From Microtetraspora niveoalba (lineage in GTDB: Bacteria > Actinomycetota > Actinomycetes > Streptosporangiales > Streptosporangiaceae), in the NCBI RefSeq assembly GCF_001570405.1, contig NZ_BBYM01000011.1, positions 164,910-228,909 of the forward strand: DNA of 64,000 nucleotides, given 5' to 3'. A program made the translations under genes and the position numbers. This document shows, one piece after another, positions 30,972-40,490 of this stretch (positions within the stretch are counted from its first letter, which is position 1; each line of letters starts with the position of its first letter). The notes under the pieces were generated by a model. That model did not search any database. It had not been told where the DNA came from and saw only the letters and a list, made by a program, of their open reading frames with translations.

Positions 30972-31250
30972 TCAGAAGGAACCTTTCTCAGCGGGGCTTG
31001 TATGTGATGGACCGAAAGATGGGCATCGGCCGGTCCGTGATCCCTTTGTCAGGACCCTACCGCCCTGAGGGGCCGCCGCTTCGTAACTCAGTTCGACCAT
31101 GGCGGTAAAGTCGGCGGTCAACCCGCGTTCTTCTCGGCATTCACCACAATGCGTTCGTGTGCTCCGCCGCGAAAATCGCCATTCACCACGGCCGGAAACA
31201 GCGCGACGCGCGGCCTCCGACCATACCGAACTCCCGACGAATACTCCGAA

Positions 31251-31272
31251 AGGTTTCATACGGATGAAACCT
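31251..31272. promoter_or_regulatory. Perfect inverted repeat AGGTTTCAT-acgg-ATGAAACCT upstream of the LacI-family gene (candidate operator), followed by TTGACA
   Basis: 9-bp arms with a 4-bp spacer. A -35-like TTGACA sits at 31277. Confidence 0.35.
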
Positions 31273-31351
31273 CTGTTGACACGCACGAAACAGTGATACG
31301 TTCCGTTGGGAGCGCTCCCAAGCCGTAACACTTCGGGCCGAGGAGACCGGA

Positions 31352-32356
31352 ATGGCCGATCTTCCCACCCTCGCCGAGGTAGCCGCCGCAGCAGGCGTCT
31401 CCCCGGCGACCGCGTCCCGGGTCCTGACCGGCTCGGTCCGCGTGACGACGTCCACCCGCCGCCAGGTGCACGACGCGATGTCCCGCCTCGGCTACGTGCG
31501 GCGTCGCGCGCCCCGCGGTTCCGGAGGCAGGCGCACCGACCAGATCATCGCGGCCGTCGTCTGCGAGCAGACCCCGAGACTCTTCAGCGAGCCCTTCTAC
31601 GCCAGGCTGCTCTCGGGCTGCGAGGAGGCGCTGGCGGCGCACGGCGTCCCCATGGTCGTGATGACCGCCACACCCGCCACCTCGGCGATCGCCGCCCCGC
31701 CGCTCGTCGCCGGGGCGGTGGACGGCGTGCTCCTCGTGAGCTCCAGATCGCGGCACCCGCTCGCGGTCACCCTCGCCGCGTCGGGCGTCCCCGTACGCTG
31801 CGCGGGCCGCCCGCCGGACGGCGTCGAGCTGCCGTACGTCGACATGGACAACCGGGACGGCGGGCGGCAGGCGGCCGAGCACCTCCTGCTGAGCGACCGC
31901 AGGGTCATCGCCACGATCGCCGGGCCCCCGACGCTCCCCGCCGCCAGGGACCGGCTGGACGGGTTCCGCACGACGCTCCGCGACGCCGGGCTCCCCGAGC
32001 CGCCGGTGGCGTACGGCGACTTCAGCCACGCCTCCGGCGCGCACGCCATGCAGTGGCTGCTGCAACGGGCGCCGCACCTGGACGCCGTCTTCGCCGCGTC
32101 GGACGTGATGGCCGCCGGGGCGATGCAGACGCTGCGCCGTTCCGGCCGGAAGGTGCCGGACGACGTCGCCGTGGTCGGCTTCGACGACGCGCCGATCGCC
32201 CGGCACACCTCCCCCACCCTGACCACGGTCCGCCAGCCCGTCGAGGAGCTCGCCTCGCTCGCCGCCAGACTGCTCCTCGCCTCGGTGGCCGGGGGAGGGA
32301 CCTCCGAGGGCGACCCGGTGCTGCCCACGGAACTGGTGGTCCGTGAATCGTCCTGA
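31352..32356 (+). CDS. LacI family transcriptional regulator
   Basis: N-terminal HTH (LAEVAAAAGVSPATASRVLTG) and a periplasmic-binding-protein-like sugar-binding core. Confidence 0.9.
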   Translation: MADLPTLAEVAAAAGVSPATASRVLTGSVRVTTSTRRQVHDAMSRLGYVRRRAPRGSGGRRTDQIIAAVVCEQTPRLFSEPFYARLLSGCEEALAAHGVPMVVMTATPATSAIAAPPLVAGAVDGVLLVSSRSRHPLAVTLAASGVPVRCAGRPPDGVELPYVDMDNRDGGRQAAEHLLLSDRRVIATIAGPPTLPAARDRLDGFRTTLRDAGLPEPPVAYGDFSHASGAHAMQWLLQRAPHLDAVFAASDVMAAGAMQTLRRSGRKVPDDVAVVGFDDAPIARHTSPTLTTVRQPVEELASLAARLLLASVAGGGTSEGDPVLPTELVVRESS

Positions 32357-34163
32357 GCTCCGCGAGGGCGACGTCCTGACCCGTCGTTATCTCCTGCAGG
32401 AGAGGATCGCGACGGGCGGGATGTCGGTCATCTGGCGCGCATTCGACCAGTCGCTCCAGCGCACCGTCGCGATCAAGGTGCTGGACGGCGCGCTCGGCGG
32501 GGACCATCCCGGCCGCGAGCTGATCCGCCGCGAGGCGCGGGCGACCGCCCGGCTGATCCACCCCGACGCGATCGAGGTGTACGACTACGGCGAGACCGTG
32601 ACGAACGGCGGCCGCCTCGCCGCGTACGTGGTCATGCGGCTCCTGGAGGGACGCTCGCTGGCCGACCGCCTCGCCGAGGGGCCGCTCCCCCTGGCGGAGG
32701 CGGCGCCGATCGCCACCCGGCTGGCGCGGGTGCTCGCCGCCGCCCACGAGCGCGGCATCGTCCACCGCGACGTCACACCGGAGAACGTGCTGCTCACCCC
32801 CAACGGGGCGAAGCTGCTCGACTTCGGCATCGCCGCCTTCACCGGCGAGGCCGACGACCACCTCGTGGCCGACTTCGGCACGCCGCCGTACGTCGCTCCG
32901 GAGCGGTTGCGCGGGATGACCGCCGACCCCGCGGTCGACGTGTACGCCCTGGGCGTGCTGCTGTACGAGATGCTCACCGGTGCCCCGCCGTACCCGGAGA
33001 CGACGTGGGAGGGCATCGAGGCGGCCCGGCGCGAGGCCCCGCCGCCGATGCCCGACGTGCCGGGCCTGCCCGCCGCGGTCGCCGAGCTGTGCCACCGCTG
33101 CCTCTCCCCCGACCCCGCCGTACGGCCGAGCGCCCGCGAGGTGGCCGAACTGCTCGCGCCGGACCCGCCCCCGGGCGGACGGGACGGGGCGACCGATTCG
33201 CTCGCGCCGCACACGTCCCGGGGCGGACGGGACCGCTGGGGATGGCGCGCGGCGGCGGCCTCGCTCGCACCCGGCGCTTCGCGCGACCGGCGGCATCGGC
33301 GGGGATGGGGCGCGGCCGCCGGGGCGGTGGCCGCCGGTCTGCTGGTGTGGTCGCAGTTCGGCGGGGCGCGGGACGCCGTCGTCTCCGGGGCGCCGCCGCA
33401 CCCCTCGGTCCTGGCGGTCCCGTCGTCCGGAGCTTCGGGCGTCACCGCGCAGGCGGAGGAGGAACGGCAGGTGACCCGGCCGCCCGGAGAGTCGGGGAAG
33501 CCCGGGGAGCCGGGCGGCGCCGCCGAGGCCGGCGGGCACGCGCCGACCGGCTCCGCCCCGGCCGAGACGGCGGCGGCGGACCCGGACCCGCCGTCGTCCC
33601 GGAACGGCCTGCCGGAGGCGGGCGGCGACGGTGATGCCGGCGAGACCGTGGACCGGCCCGCGCGGCGGCCCGCCGCGGACGATGGGACAGGCGATGGGAC
33701 GGGAGGTGGGACGGGCCCGGGTGGGACTCCCCCACCGGACTCCCGGCCCCGGCGGCCCACCCCCGAAGCGTCCACCCCCGGCGACTCCCGGCCGGCGCCG
33801 GACGACCACCGCCCGCGCCCGGCCCGTACGCGGCAGGCGGACACGAAGGATCGGGACCCCGGCGTGTCCACGCTGCCGCTCGCGACGTCGAAGCGGGCCT
33901 CCCTGGATCGGGCGGTGGCCCGCTTCGACCTGCTCCTCACCGAGGGGCTCTCCCGGGACGAGATCAGCGCGGACGCGGCGCTCGACCTCAGGCAGGTCCT
34001 GCACAACTCCGTCACCGGCCGCGACGTCGCCGGTGTGGCCCACGTCAGGACCAAGCTCGGCGACCGGCTGCGCGAGGGCAAGCTGGCCGCCGCGCTGATG
34101 CGCCGGCTCGGCACGGCCCTGGACGACGTCCACACCGCGCTGAGCCGATCCCTGGGCACCTGA
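32343..34163 (+). CDS. Ser/Thr protein kinase with Pro/Gly/Arg-rich C-terminal region
   Basis: Hanks kinase motifs VAIKVL, HRDVTPENVLL, DFGIA, APE. Its start overlaps the LacI gene end by 14 nt. Confidence 0.85.
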   Translation: MNRPELREGDVLTRRYLLQERIATGGMSVIWRAFDQSLQRTVAIKVLDGALGGDHPGRELIRREARATARLIHPDAIEVYDYGETVTNGGRLAAYVVMRLLEGRSLADRLAEGPLPLAEAAPIATRLARVLAAAHERGIVHRDVTPENVLLTPNGAKLLDFGIAAFTGEADDHLVADFGTPPYVAPERLRGMTADPAVDVYALGVLLYEMLTGAPPYPETTWEGIEAARREAPPPMPDVPGLPAAVAELCHRCLSPDPAVRPSAREVAELLAPDPPPGGRDGATDSLAPHTSRGGRDRWGWRAAAASLAPGASRDRRHRRGWGAAAGAVAAGLLVWSQFGGARDAVVSGAPPHPSVLAVPSSGASGVTAQAEEERQVTRPPGESGKPGEPGGAAEAGGHAPTGSAPAETAAADPDPPSSRNGLPEAGGDGDAGETVDRPARRPAADDGTGDGTGGGTGPGGTPPPDSRPRRPTPEASTPGDSRPAPDDHRPRPARTRQADTKDRDPGVSTLPLATSKRASLDRAVARFDLLLTEGLSRDEISADAALDLRQVLHNSVTGRDVAGVAHVRTKLGDRLREGKLAAALMRRLGTALDDVHTALSRSLGT

Positions 34164-34185
34164 TCGCCGGGACAGCAGGGGCCGG

Positions 34186-35814
34186 TCAGGGGAGCCAGTA
34201 GTTGCCGGAGACGACGATCATCACCTGGAGCTGGATGCTCGCCGAGTAGTAGTCGTTCGACGAGAACGACGTGTTGACCATCTTCGTCCACAGGGCGTCG
34301 AGCCACGCCTGGCTGCCCGGGTCCGTCATCGCGGCGACCGCGAACGGGGCGAAGAAGGCGGGCTCGCTGCCGCTGCTGATCTGCGACCCGCTGAGCGAGT
34401 ATCCGGTGGCGACACTGTTCGCGTTGCCGCCGGTCTTGCTCCTGATCCACGCGTTGATCTTCCGGGCGGAGGCGAGGGACGCGCTGTCGCCGCTGGTCAC
34501 GGCGTCGGTCCCGATGCGCCACGGGTCACGGCAGGCGTTCCACCAGTACTTGCCGTCGTTCGTGTCCTCCAGCACCTTGCCGGACGGCGGCCTGGGGGTG
34601 GTGTCGGTATTGATCACGAAGTCCGCCAGCAGGCCGGTGCTCGGCGCGTAGTTCGCCTGCTGGGAGGTGATCAGGTTCTGGTGGGCCGTCCTGATCGTGT
34701 CCCACGCGCTGTCGCCGGTGGCCTTCCTGAACGCGCGGAAGTGGTCGATCAGCCAGTCGGACGACCGGGTCACGTAGTACAGCGAGTCACCCGGAGTGCT
34801 CCAGTCGCCCAGCAGCATCAGGTGGGTGGCCGGGTTCACCTCGCTCGCCTTGATCGCGTCGATGTGCCGGACGGCGAGGTCCTTGTAGTTGTACGTGCCG
34901 GAGCTGCCCCACTGCCTGTCGGCCAGGAGCAGGCCGAGGGCGACGTCCAGGTCCCCGTCCGTCGCCGAGTCGGAGCCGTTGACGCTCTTGCAGGACGCGT
35001 CCTGTTCGGCCGCGAGCAGGTCGCGGTTGTGCACCGACGGGTGGGCGAGCATGTACTTGACCATCCCGTCGAAGACGGTCTTCGCGTTCGGGTCGGCCCC
35101 GGCCATGGTGGCGACGACGACCATGCCGTACCCCTGGGCCTCCGCGACGTACGGGTGGTCGGCGTCGGGCGAGATCACCTGGTACCAGCCGTTGCCGCAG
35201 TTCTGCCGGACGAAGGCGGCCTTCCACTTGTTGTAGTAGTCGACCACCTTCTGGTCGAGGGTCGCCTGCGAGCCGGTCGGGCGCAACGTCCCCGGCGCGT
35301 ACGCGAACCCGTGGCTGCCGAAGGGCACGGCGGGGCCGCCGCCGCTGCCGCCGTCCTGGCTGACGACGGTGAGCTTGTCCACGTTCGGCCCGCCGTCCGC
35401 GCCGGTCGCGGTGGCCCGGACCGTGTTGGCGCCCGCCCTGAGGGTGACCTGGACCGACGTGTCGGCCCAGGTGTCCCAGCCGCCGGTCCCGGCGAAGGAC
35501 AGGCCGGTCGCCACCGCGGTCCCGTTCACCGCGATGTCCATCGGGCGGCCGGAGGTCTTGCCGTTGGCGTAGCGGAAGGTCAGCGTGGCGGGGCCGGCCG
35601 CGGCCGAGGTCACCGACCACTGCACGTAGCCGCCGGCGGTGTTGTCGTAGTCGGCGAAGCCGGTGCCGGTGTACCCGGTGTGGTTGCTCGCCGCGGACGC
35701 TCCCGACAGCGTCGCGTCCTCGGCCTGATAGACGGTGGTGGCGGCGGCGGCCGGATGGGCCGTGATCAGGGGCAGCAGCAGTCCGGCGGCGATGACCAGT
35801 GGTCGAATGCGCAT
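34186..35814 (-). CDS. Secreted glycoside hydrolase family 8 (endoglucanase/chitosanase-like) with N-terminal CBM35/CBM6-like domain
   Basis: Signal peptide. The carbohydrate-binding module pattern is TVYQAEDATLSGA...GFADYDNTAGGYVQWSV. The GH8 (alpha/alpha)6 catalytic region follows. Confidence 0.7.
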   Translation of the reverse strand: MRIRPLVIAAGLLLPLITAHPAAAATTVYQAEDATLSGASAASNHTGYTGTGFADYDNTAGGYVQWSVTSAAAGPATLTFRYANGKTSGRPMDIAVNGTAVATGLSFAGTGGWDTWADTSVQVTLRAGANTVRATATGADGGPNVDKLTVVSQDGGSGGGPAVPFGSHGFAYAPGTLRPTGSQATLDQKVVDYYNKWKAAFVRQNCGNGWYQVISPDADHPYVAEAQGYGMVVVATMAGADPNAKTVFDGMVKYMLAHPSVHNRDLLAAEQDASCKSVNGSDSATDGDLDVALGLLLADRQWGSSGTYNYKDLAVRHIDAIKASEVNPATHLMLLGDWSTPGDSLYYVTRSSDWLIDHFRAFRKATGDSAWDTIRTAHQNLITSQQANYAPSTGLLADFVINTDTTPRPPSGKVLEDTNDGKYWWNACRDPWRIGTDAVTSGDSASLASARKINAWIRSKTGGNANSVATGYSLSGSQISSGSEPAFFAPFAVAAMTDPGSQAWLDALWTKMVNTSFSSNDYYSASIQLQVMIVVSGNYWLP

Positions 35815-35937
35815 CTCATCTCACTCTGTGCACTGAACGGAGTTCCTGGTGGAGGGGCGGGGGAATCGGGAGCGGGGGTCGGCCCGCGGCGACCCGGAGG
35901 ATCCGGTGCGCGGGTCGGCCGGCCATGACGGGGTGCA

Positions 35938-35958
35938 AGTTAGGAAAGGTTCCTAACT
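35938..35958. promoter_or_regulatory. Perfect inverted repeat AGTTAGGAA-agg-TTCCTAACT in the divergent GH8/mscL intergenic region
   Basis: 9-bp arms in a locally AT-richer segment. Candidate regulator binding site. Confidence 0.3.
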
Positions 35959-36115
35959 TTGATTGCCATGGGAACAGCGCGGCGGGCGGCGGTCAAGACC
36001 CAAATTCGCGGGAGCCCGACTCGGCGGGTCGGGCACGGGCTGGTGCGGTGCGCCGTGTCGTCGGCGGACGGCGGCTCTTGCACCGGGCCCGGTCGGTGGG
36101 ATAGGTCGTTGCCGT

Positions 36116-36538
36116 ATGAGCGGATTCAAGAAGTTCCTGATGCGGGGGAACCTCGTCGAACTGGCCATCGCCGTCGTCGTCGGAGCCACGTTCAGCGGCC
36201 TCGTCCAGGCCCTCGTCGCGGATCTCATCACGCCGCTGATCGGCGCGGTGACCGGCGGGAAGCAGCCCGACTTCTCGGCGTACTCGTTCACGGTCAACGG
36301 CAGCGAGTTCAAGTACGGCGACTTCGTCAACCACGTGCTGACGTTCCTCATCATCGCCGCGGTGATCTACTGGCTGGTGGTCGTGCCGATGAACCGGCTG
36401 ATCGGCCTCTTCGACCGCGACAAGGAGGCCACCGAGAAGGAGTGCCCCGAGTGCCTGAGCACCATCCCCGTCAAGGCCCGCAGGTGCGCGTTCTGCACCG
36501 CGGACCTCACCGCGGCCTCCGAGGTGTCCCCCGCCTGA
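36116..36538 (+). CDS. mscL: Large-conductance mechanosensitive channel with C-terminal CxxC-x11-CxxC zinc-ribbon-like tail
   Basis: MscL signature NLVELAIAVVVGATF and two TM helices. C-terminus KECPECLSTIPVKARRCAFCTADL. Confidence 0.85.
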   Translation: MSGFKKFLMRGNLVELAIAVVVGATFSGLVQALVADLITPLIGAVTGGKQPDFSAYSFTVNGSEFKYGDFVNHVLTFLIIAAVIYWLVVVPMNRLIGLFDRDKEATEKECPECLSTIPVKARRCAFCTADLTAASEVSPA

Positions 36539-36633
36539 CCCCGCCGCTCCCCGTCTCCCCGGCCCTCGCGTTCCCCCTGCTTCCCCGTACGGGCCGCGCC
36601 CCGGGCACCGCGGCCGGATGACGACACGGCCAA

Positions 36634-36665
36634 GGGGCCCGGCGGGAATCCTCCCGCCGGGCCCC
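36634..36665. terminator. Bidirectional intrinsic terminator hairpin between mscL and the GH13 gene
   Basis: ggggcccggcggga-atcc-tcccgccgggcccc, a perfect 14-bp stem with a 4-nt loop. Confidence 0.6.
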
Positions 36666-36734
36666 TGACCGCTCACCGGCCACGCCGCGCCCGGTCGAAG
36701 GGCCGCCCGCCGCCCGACCGGGTCCCGCCCGGTG

Positions 36735-38384
36735 TCAGACCAGCCAGGCCGTCGTGTCGGGCAGGAGCAGGTCGCCGTCGACCGGCCCGCTCGCGAGCAG
36801 CACCGCCTCATGCCGCGGCAGCCGTACGGGATCGGGGCCGAGGTTGACGACGCAGGTCACGCCGGAGTCGCGGGTGAAGGCGAGCACCGAGTCACCCCTG
36901 TCGTCGCCCCTGTCGTCGCCCCTGTCGTCATCCCTGTCGTCGCCGGTGGCGTCGCCCGGGGGAAGCCAGGTCAGGGCGCCGTCGCCGAGCCGCTCCCGCC
37001 GGATCCGCAGCGCGGCCCGGTACAGCGACAACATCGACCCGGGATCGGCCCGCTGCGCCTCGACCGTGAGGTCCTTCCAGCCGGCGGGCTGCGGGAGCCA
37101 CGGCTCCCCCGTGCTGTATCCGAACGGCGGTTCCTCACCCGACCAGGGCAGCGGCACGCGGCACCCGTCCCGTCCCGGCACGGTGTGTCCGGAACGGTGC
37201 CACATCGGGTCCTGGCGCAGCTCGTCCGGGATGTCCTCCACCTCCGGCAGGCCCAGCTCCTCGCCCTGGTAGACGTACACGCTGCCGGGCAGCGCCATGG
37301 CGAGCAGCGCGGCCGCCCTGGCCCGCCGGTATCCCAGCTCGGAGTCGTACGGCGCGCCGTCCCTGCGGTCGGCGTTGTCCCAGGACGTGTCGGCCCTGCC
37401 GTACCGGGTGGCGGGGCGGGCGACGTCGTGGTTGGACAACACCCAGGTCGCGGGGGCGCCCAGCGGGACGTGCGTCGCCAGGGTCAGGTCGATGGCCCGG
37501 CGCAGCGCGCCCGCCTCCCACGCGGAGGACAGGAAGTCGAAGTTGAACGCGGTGTGCAGCTCGTCCGGCCGGAGATATCGCGCGAACCGCTCCTGATCGG
37601 GCAGCCACACCTCGCCGATGAGCGCGCGGCCCGGGTACTCGTCGCAGACCCGGCGCCACTCCCGGTAGATGTCGTGCACCCCGTCGTGGTCGGTGTACGA
37701 CTCCTCGACGCTGTCCAGATCCTTCACCAGCACGGCGGCCGAGTCGACGCGGAAGCCGTCCACACCCCGGTCGAACCAGAACCGCAGGATGTCCAGGAAC
37801 TCGGCGCGCACCTCCGGTTCGTCCCAGTTGAAGTCCGGCTGCTCCGGTGCGAAGAGGTGCAGGTACCACTCCCCGTCCGGCACGCGGGTCCAGGCGGGCC
37901 CGCCGAAGATGGACCGCCAGCCGTTCGGCGGCGCGTCGCCGTCGCCCCGGCGGAACCAGAACCGCTCGCGGGCCTCCGATCCCGGACCGGCGGCCAGCGC
38001 CTCCTGGAACCAGGCGTGGCGGTCGGACCCGTGGTTGGGCACGACGTCGATGATCACCCGGATGCCGTGGCCGTGCGCCTCCTCGATCAGCCTCTCCGCC
38101 TCGGCGAGCGTCCCGAAGACCGGTTCGATGCCCCGGTAGTCGGCCACGTCGTACCCGCCGTCGGCCATCGGTGACGGGTACCACGGGTTGAGCCAGATCG
38201 CGTCCACGCCGAGATCGGCGAGGTACGGCAGGCGGGCCCGCAGCCCCGCCAGGTCACCGGTGCCGTCGCCGTTCCCGTCGGCGAAGCTGCGCAGGTACAC
38301 CTGGTAGATCGCGGCGCCGCGCCACCATTCTCCTTCGGTTTGCGGAGTCGTCCCCCGAGAGGCACTGCCGGACATGCTGCACAC
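36735..38384 (-). CDS. GH13 alpha-glucosidase / oligo-1,6-glucosidase
   Basis: GH13 regions DAIWLNP, GIRVIIDVVPNH, GFRVDSAAV, EVW. C-terminal insert GDDRDDDRGDDRGDDRGD. Confidence 0.9.
   Translation of the reverse strand: MCSMSGSASRGTTPQTEGEWWRGAAIYQVYLRSFADGNGDGTGDLAGLRARLPYLADLGVDAIWLNPWYPSPMADGGYDVADYRGIEPVFGTLAEAERLIEEAHGHGIRVIIDVVPNHGSDRHAWFQEALAAGPGSEARERFWFRRGDGDAPPNGWRSIFGGPAWTRVPDGEWYLHLFAPEQPDFNWDEPEVRAEFLDILRFWFDRGVDGFRVDSAAVLVKDLDSVEESYTDHDGVHDIYREWRRVCDEYPGRALIGEVWLPDQERFARYLRPDELHTAFNFDFLSSAWEAGALRRAIDLTLATHVPLGAPATWVLSNHDVARPATRYGRADTSWDNADRRDGAPYDSELGYRRARAAALLAMALPGSVYVYQGEELGLPEVEDIPDELRQDPMWHRSGHTVPGRDGCRVPLPWSGEEPPFGYSTGEPWLPQPAGWKDLTVEAQRADPGSMLSLYRAALRIRRERLGDGALTWLPPGDATGDDRDDDRGDDRGDDRGDSVLAFTRDSGVTCVVNLGPDPVRLPRHEAVLLASGPVDGDLLLPDTTAWLV
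36893..36952. repeat. 12-bp tandem repeat (cccctgtcgtcg), about 5 copies, coding for the (DDRG)n insert of the GH13 enzyme
   Basis: Seen directly in the sequence, in frame. Confidence 0.7.
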
Positions 38385-38432
38385 AACTCCTTACACAAAT
38401 GATGTCGGCCGGCCGAGACGCGCGCCGGCGCG

Positions 38433-39431
38433 TCAGCCCTTGAGGCTTCCAGCGGTGAGACCGGCCATGATGCTGCGCTGGAAGAACAGGAAGACCACGA
38501 TGGCCGGGACGCTCGCGATGACGAGCGCGGCCATGAGCACGTTCTGCGGCATCTGCGCCGAGAGGGAGGAGATGCCGACGCTGATCGGCATGTTGTCGGT
38601 GTCGGGCTGGACGAGCAGCGGCCAGACGAAGTCCTTCCAGACGTTCACCACCGCCAGGATGGAGACCACGCCGAGGATCGGCCGCGATACCGGCAGCACG
38701 ATCGACCACAGGATCCGCGCCGGGGTCGCGCCGTCCATCTCGGCCGCCTCGATCAGCTCCCGGGGGATCGAGTCGAAGAACCGCTTGAGCAGGAAGATGA
38801 AGAACCCGTTGGCGGCGGCGGGCAGCCAGATCGCCCAGGGTGTGTTCAGCAGGTTCCAGCCCAGGATCGGCAGGTCTTTCACCGTCAGATAGGCGGGCAG
38901 CAGGATCACCATCGGCGGGATCATCAGCGTGGACAACATCATGGCCAGGACCGCCTTGCCGAGCACCGGCCGCAGCTTCGACAGCGCGTACGCCGCCGAC
39001 ACGTCCACGGCCAGCGTGAACAGCCAGGCCCCGGCCGCGTAGACGACGGTGTTGCGCAGGAACAGGCCCAGGTCGAGCTGCTCCCACGCCTCCTCGTACA
39101 CGCCGAAGTCGATCGTGTCCGGGAAGAGCGAGGGCGGGATCTGGGCGATCTCCTCCGGGGACTTCAGGGCGCTGGTGACCATCCAGTACAGCGGGAACAC
39201 GAAGACCGCGGTGAAGACCACCACCACCGTGACCAGGACGATCCAGTAGACGGTCCGGCCGCGTGCGGTGTTCAGCGTGTGCGGCGAGATCAGGCCGCGG
39301 ACCGCGCGCCGCTCCGCCGTCCGTCCCCGCCGCCGGAGCCCGCGCCCCGGCCTCCCCCTCCCCGGGTCGCCGGACGTCGGCGGGGCGGGACGGACGGCCC
39401 TTCCGGGCGCCTGCGCCGTGCTGTTCGACAT
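38433..39431 (-). CDS. Sugar ABC transporter permease (MalG-like)
   Basis: EAA motif MDGATPARILWSIVLPVSRP. ATG (MSNSTAQ) preceded by GGGAG. A perfect 7-bp hairpin at 38416-38433 abuts the stop codon. Confidence 0.9.
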   Translation of the reverse strand: MSNSTAQAPGRAVRPAPPTSGDPGRGRPGRGLRRRGRTAERRAVRGLISPHTLNTARGRTVYWIVLVTVVVVFTAVFVFPLYWMVTSALKSPEEIAQIPPSLFPDTIDFGVYEEAWEQLDLGLFLRNTVVYAAGAWLFTLAVDVSAAYALSKLRPVLGKAVLAMMLSTLMIPPMVILLPAYLTVKDLPILGWNLLNTPWAIWLPAAANGFFIFLLKRFFDSIPRELIEAAEMDGATPARILWSIVLPVSRPILGVVSILAVVNVWKDFVWPLLVQPDTDNMPISVGISSLSAQMPQNVLMAALVIASVPAIVVFLFFQRSIMAGLTAGSLKG

Positions 39432-39446
39432 CGGTGCCACTCCCTC

Positions 39447-40373
39447 TCAGTTCTGGTCGTCCCGCGAGACGCGCAGGTAGACGGCGGAGAACACCATCAG
39501 CACGATCATGAGCATCAGGCCCAGCGCGCCGCCGCCGCCGAAGTTCCCGAAGCTGAAGGCGTACTGGTACATGAGGTAGGCGACGGTGACGGTCGCGTTC
39601 TCCGGCCCGCCCCCGGTCAGCAGGTACGGCTCGATGAAGACCTGCATGGTCGCGACGATCTGGAGCAGCAGCATCACCAGGAGGATCAGCCTGGTCTGCG
39701 GGATCGTCACATGCCAGACCCGGCGCAGCAGTCCCGCGCCGTCCAGCTCCGCCGCCTCGTACAGCTCGCCGGGGATGCTCTGCAGCGCGGCGAGGTAGAT
39801 CAGCGTGCCGGTGCCGAGGTTCATCCACGTGGACACGATGACCAGGGAGATCAGCGCCGTGCTCGTCGAGTCGAGCCAGCTCAGCCCGGGCAGGTGGACG
39901 AGGTCGAGGATCTGGTTGAACAGGCCGGGCCCCGGGTCGTAGAACCACTTGAACAGCAGCACCGCGACGGCCGGGGGCAACATCACCGGCAGGTAGACGA
40001 CGAACCTGAGGTACGCCTTGGCGTGCCGCAGCTCGTTCAGCACCAGCGCGATCACGAACGGCACGGCGTACCCGGCGACCAGCGCGAGCACGGTGAACAG
40101 CGCCGTGTTGATCCAGGCGGGCGCGAACGCCGAGTCCTCCATCACGGTGCGGAAGTTGTCCAGCCCCACCCACTCGGGCGGGCCGACGAAGTTCGTCTTC
40201 TGGAAGCTGAGCAGGAACTCCCGGACCATCGGATACCAGGAGAAGAACGCGAAGCAGATGAGCGCCCCGCAGAGGAAGCCGTACGCGGTGAGGTTGCGGC
40301 GCACGGCGCGGCGCACCGCCTCCCGGTTCCGCCACCGCGATCCCCGCGGCTCCCGCACGGACATTGTGGTCAT
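39447..40373 (-). CDS. Sugar ABC transporter permease (MalF-like)
   Basis: EAA motif LDGAGLLRRVWHVTIPQTR. ATG (MTTMSVRE) preceded by AGGAG. Confidence 0.9.
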   Translation of the reverse strand: MTTMSVREPRGSRWRNREAVRRAVRRNLTAYGFLCGALICFAFFSWYPMVREFLLSFQKTNFVGPPEWVGLDNFRTVMEDSAFAPAWINTALFTVLALVAGYAVPFVIALVLNELRHAKAYLRFVVYLPVMLPPAVAVLLFKWFYDPGPGLFNQILDLVHLPGLSWLDSTSTALISLVIVSTWMNLGTGTLIYLAALQSIPGELYEAAELDGAGLLRRVWHVTIPQTRLILLVMLLLQIVATMQVFIEPYLLTGGGPENATVTVAYLMYQYAFSFGNFGGGGALGLMLMIVLMVFSAVYLRVSRDDQN

Positions 40374-40450
40374 CGAATCTCCTGGATGCATCGGTGCCGC
40401 GCTTCGCACGCGACGGATGCGAACGAACGAACGAAGGAACTCGGGCGTGA

Positions 40451-40480
40451 CCGGCGGGGCGCCTGCCCGCGCCCCGCCGG
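40451..40480 (-). other. Strong 12-bp stem-loop downstream of the SBP gene, within the operon (likely mRNA stabiliser or partial terminator)
   Basis: ccggcggggcgc-ctgccc-gcgccccgccgg. Confidence 0.5.
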
Positions 40481-40490
40481 CCGCGATGAC

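Noticed and set aside
30972-31331. 119-aa minus-strand ORF in the DUF305-LacI intergenic region
   Set aside because: The region looks like a promoter/operator spacer (palindrome, TTGACA). The ORF has poor codon bias and no motifs.
36732-38174. 480-aa plus-strand ORF
   Set aside because: Antisense to the GH13 alpha-glucosidase.
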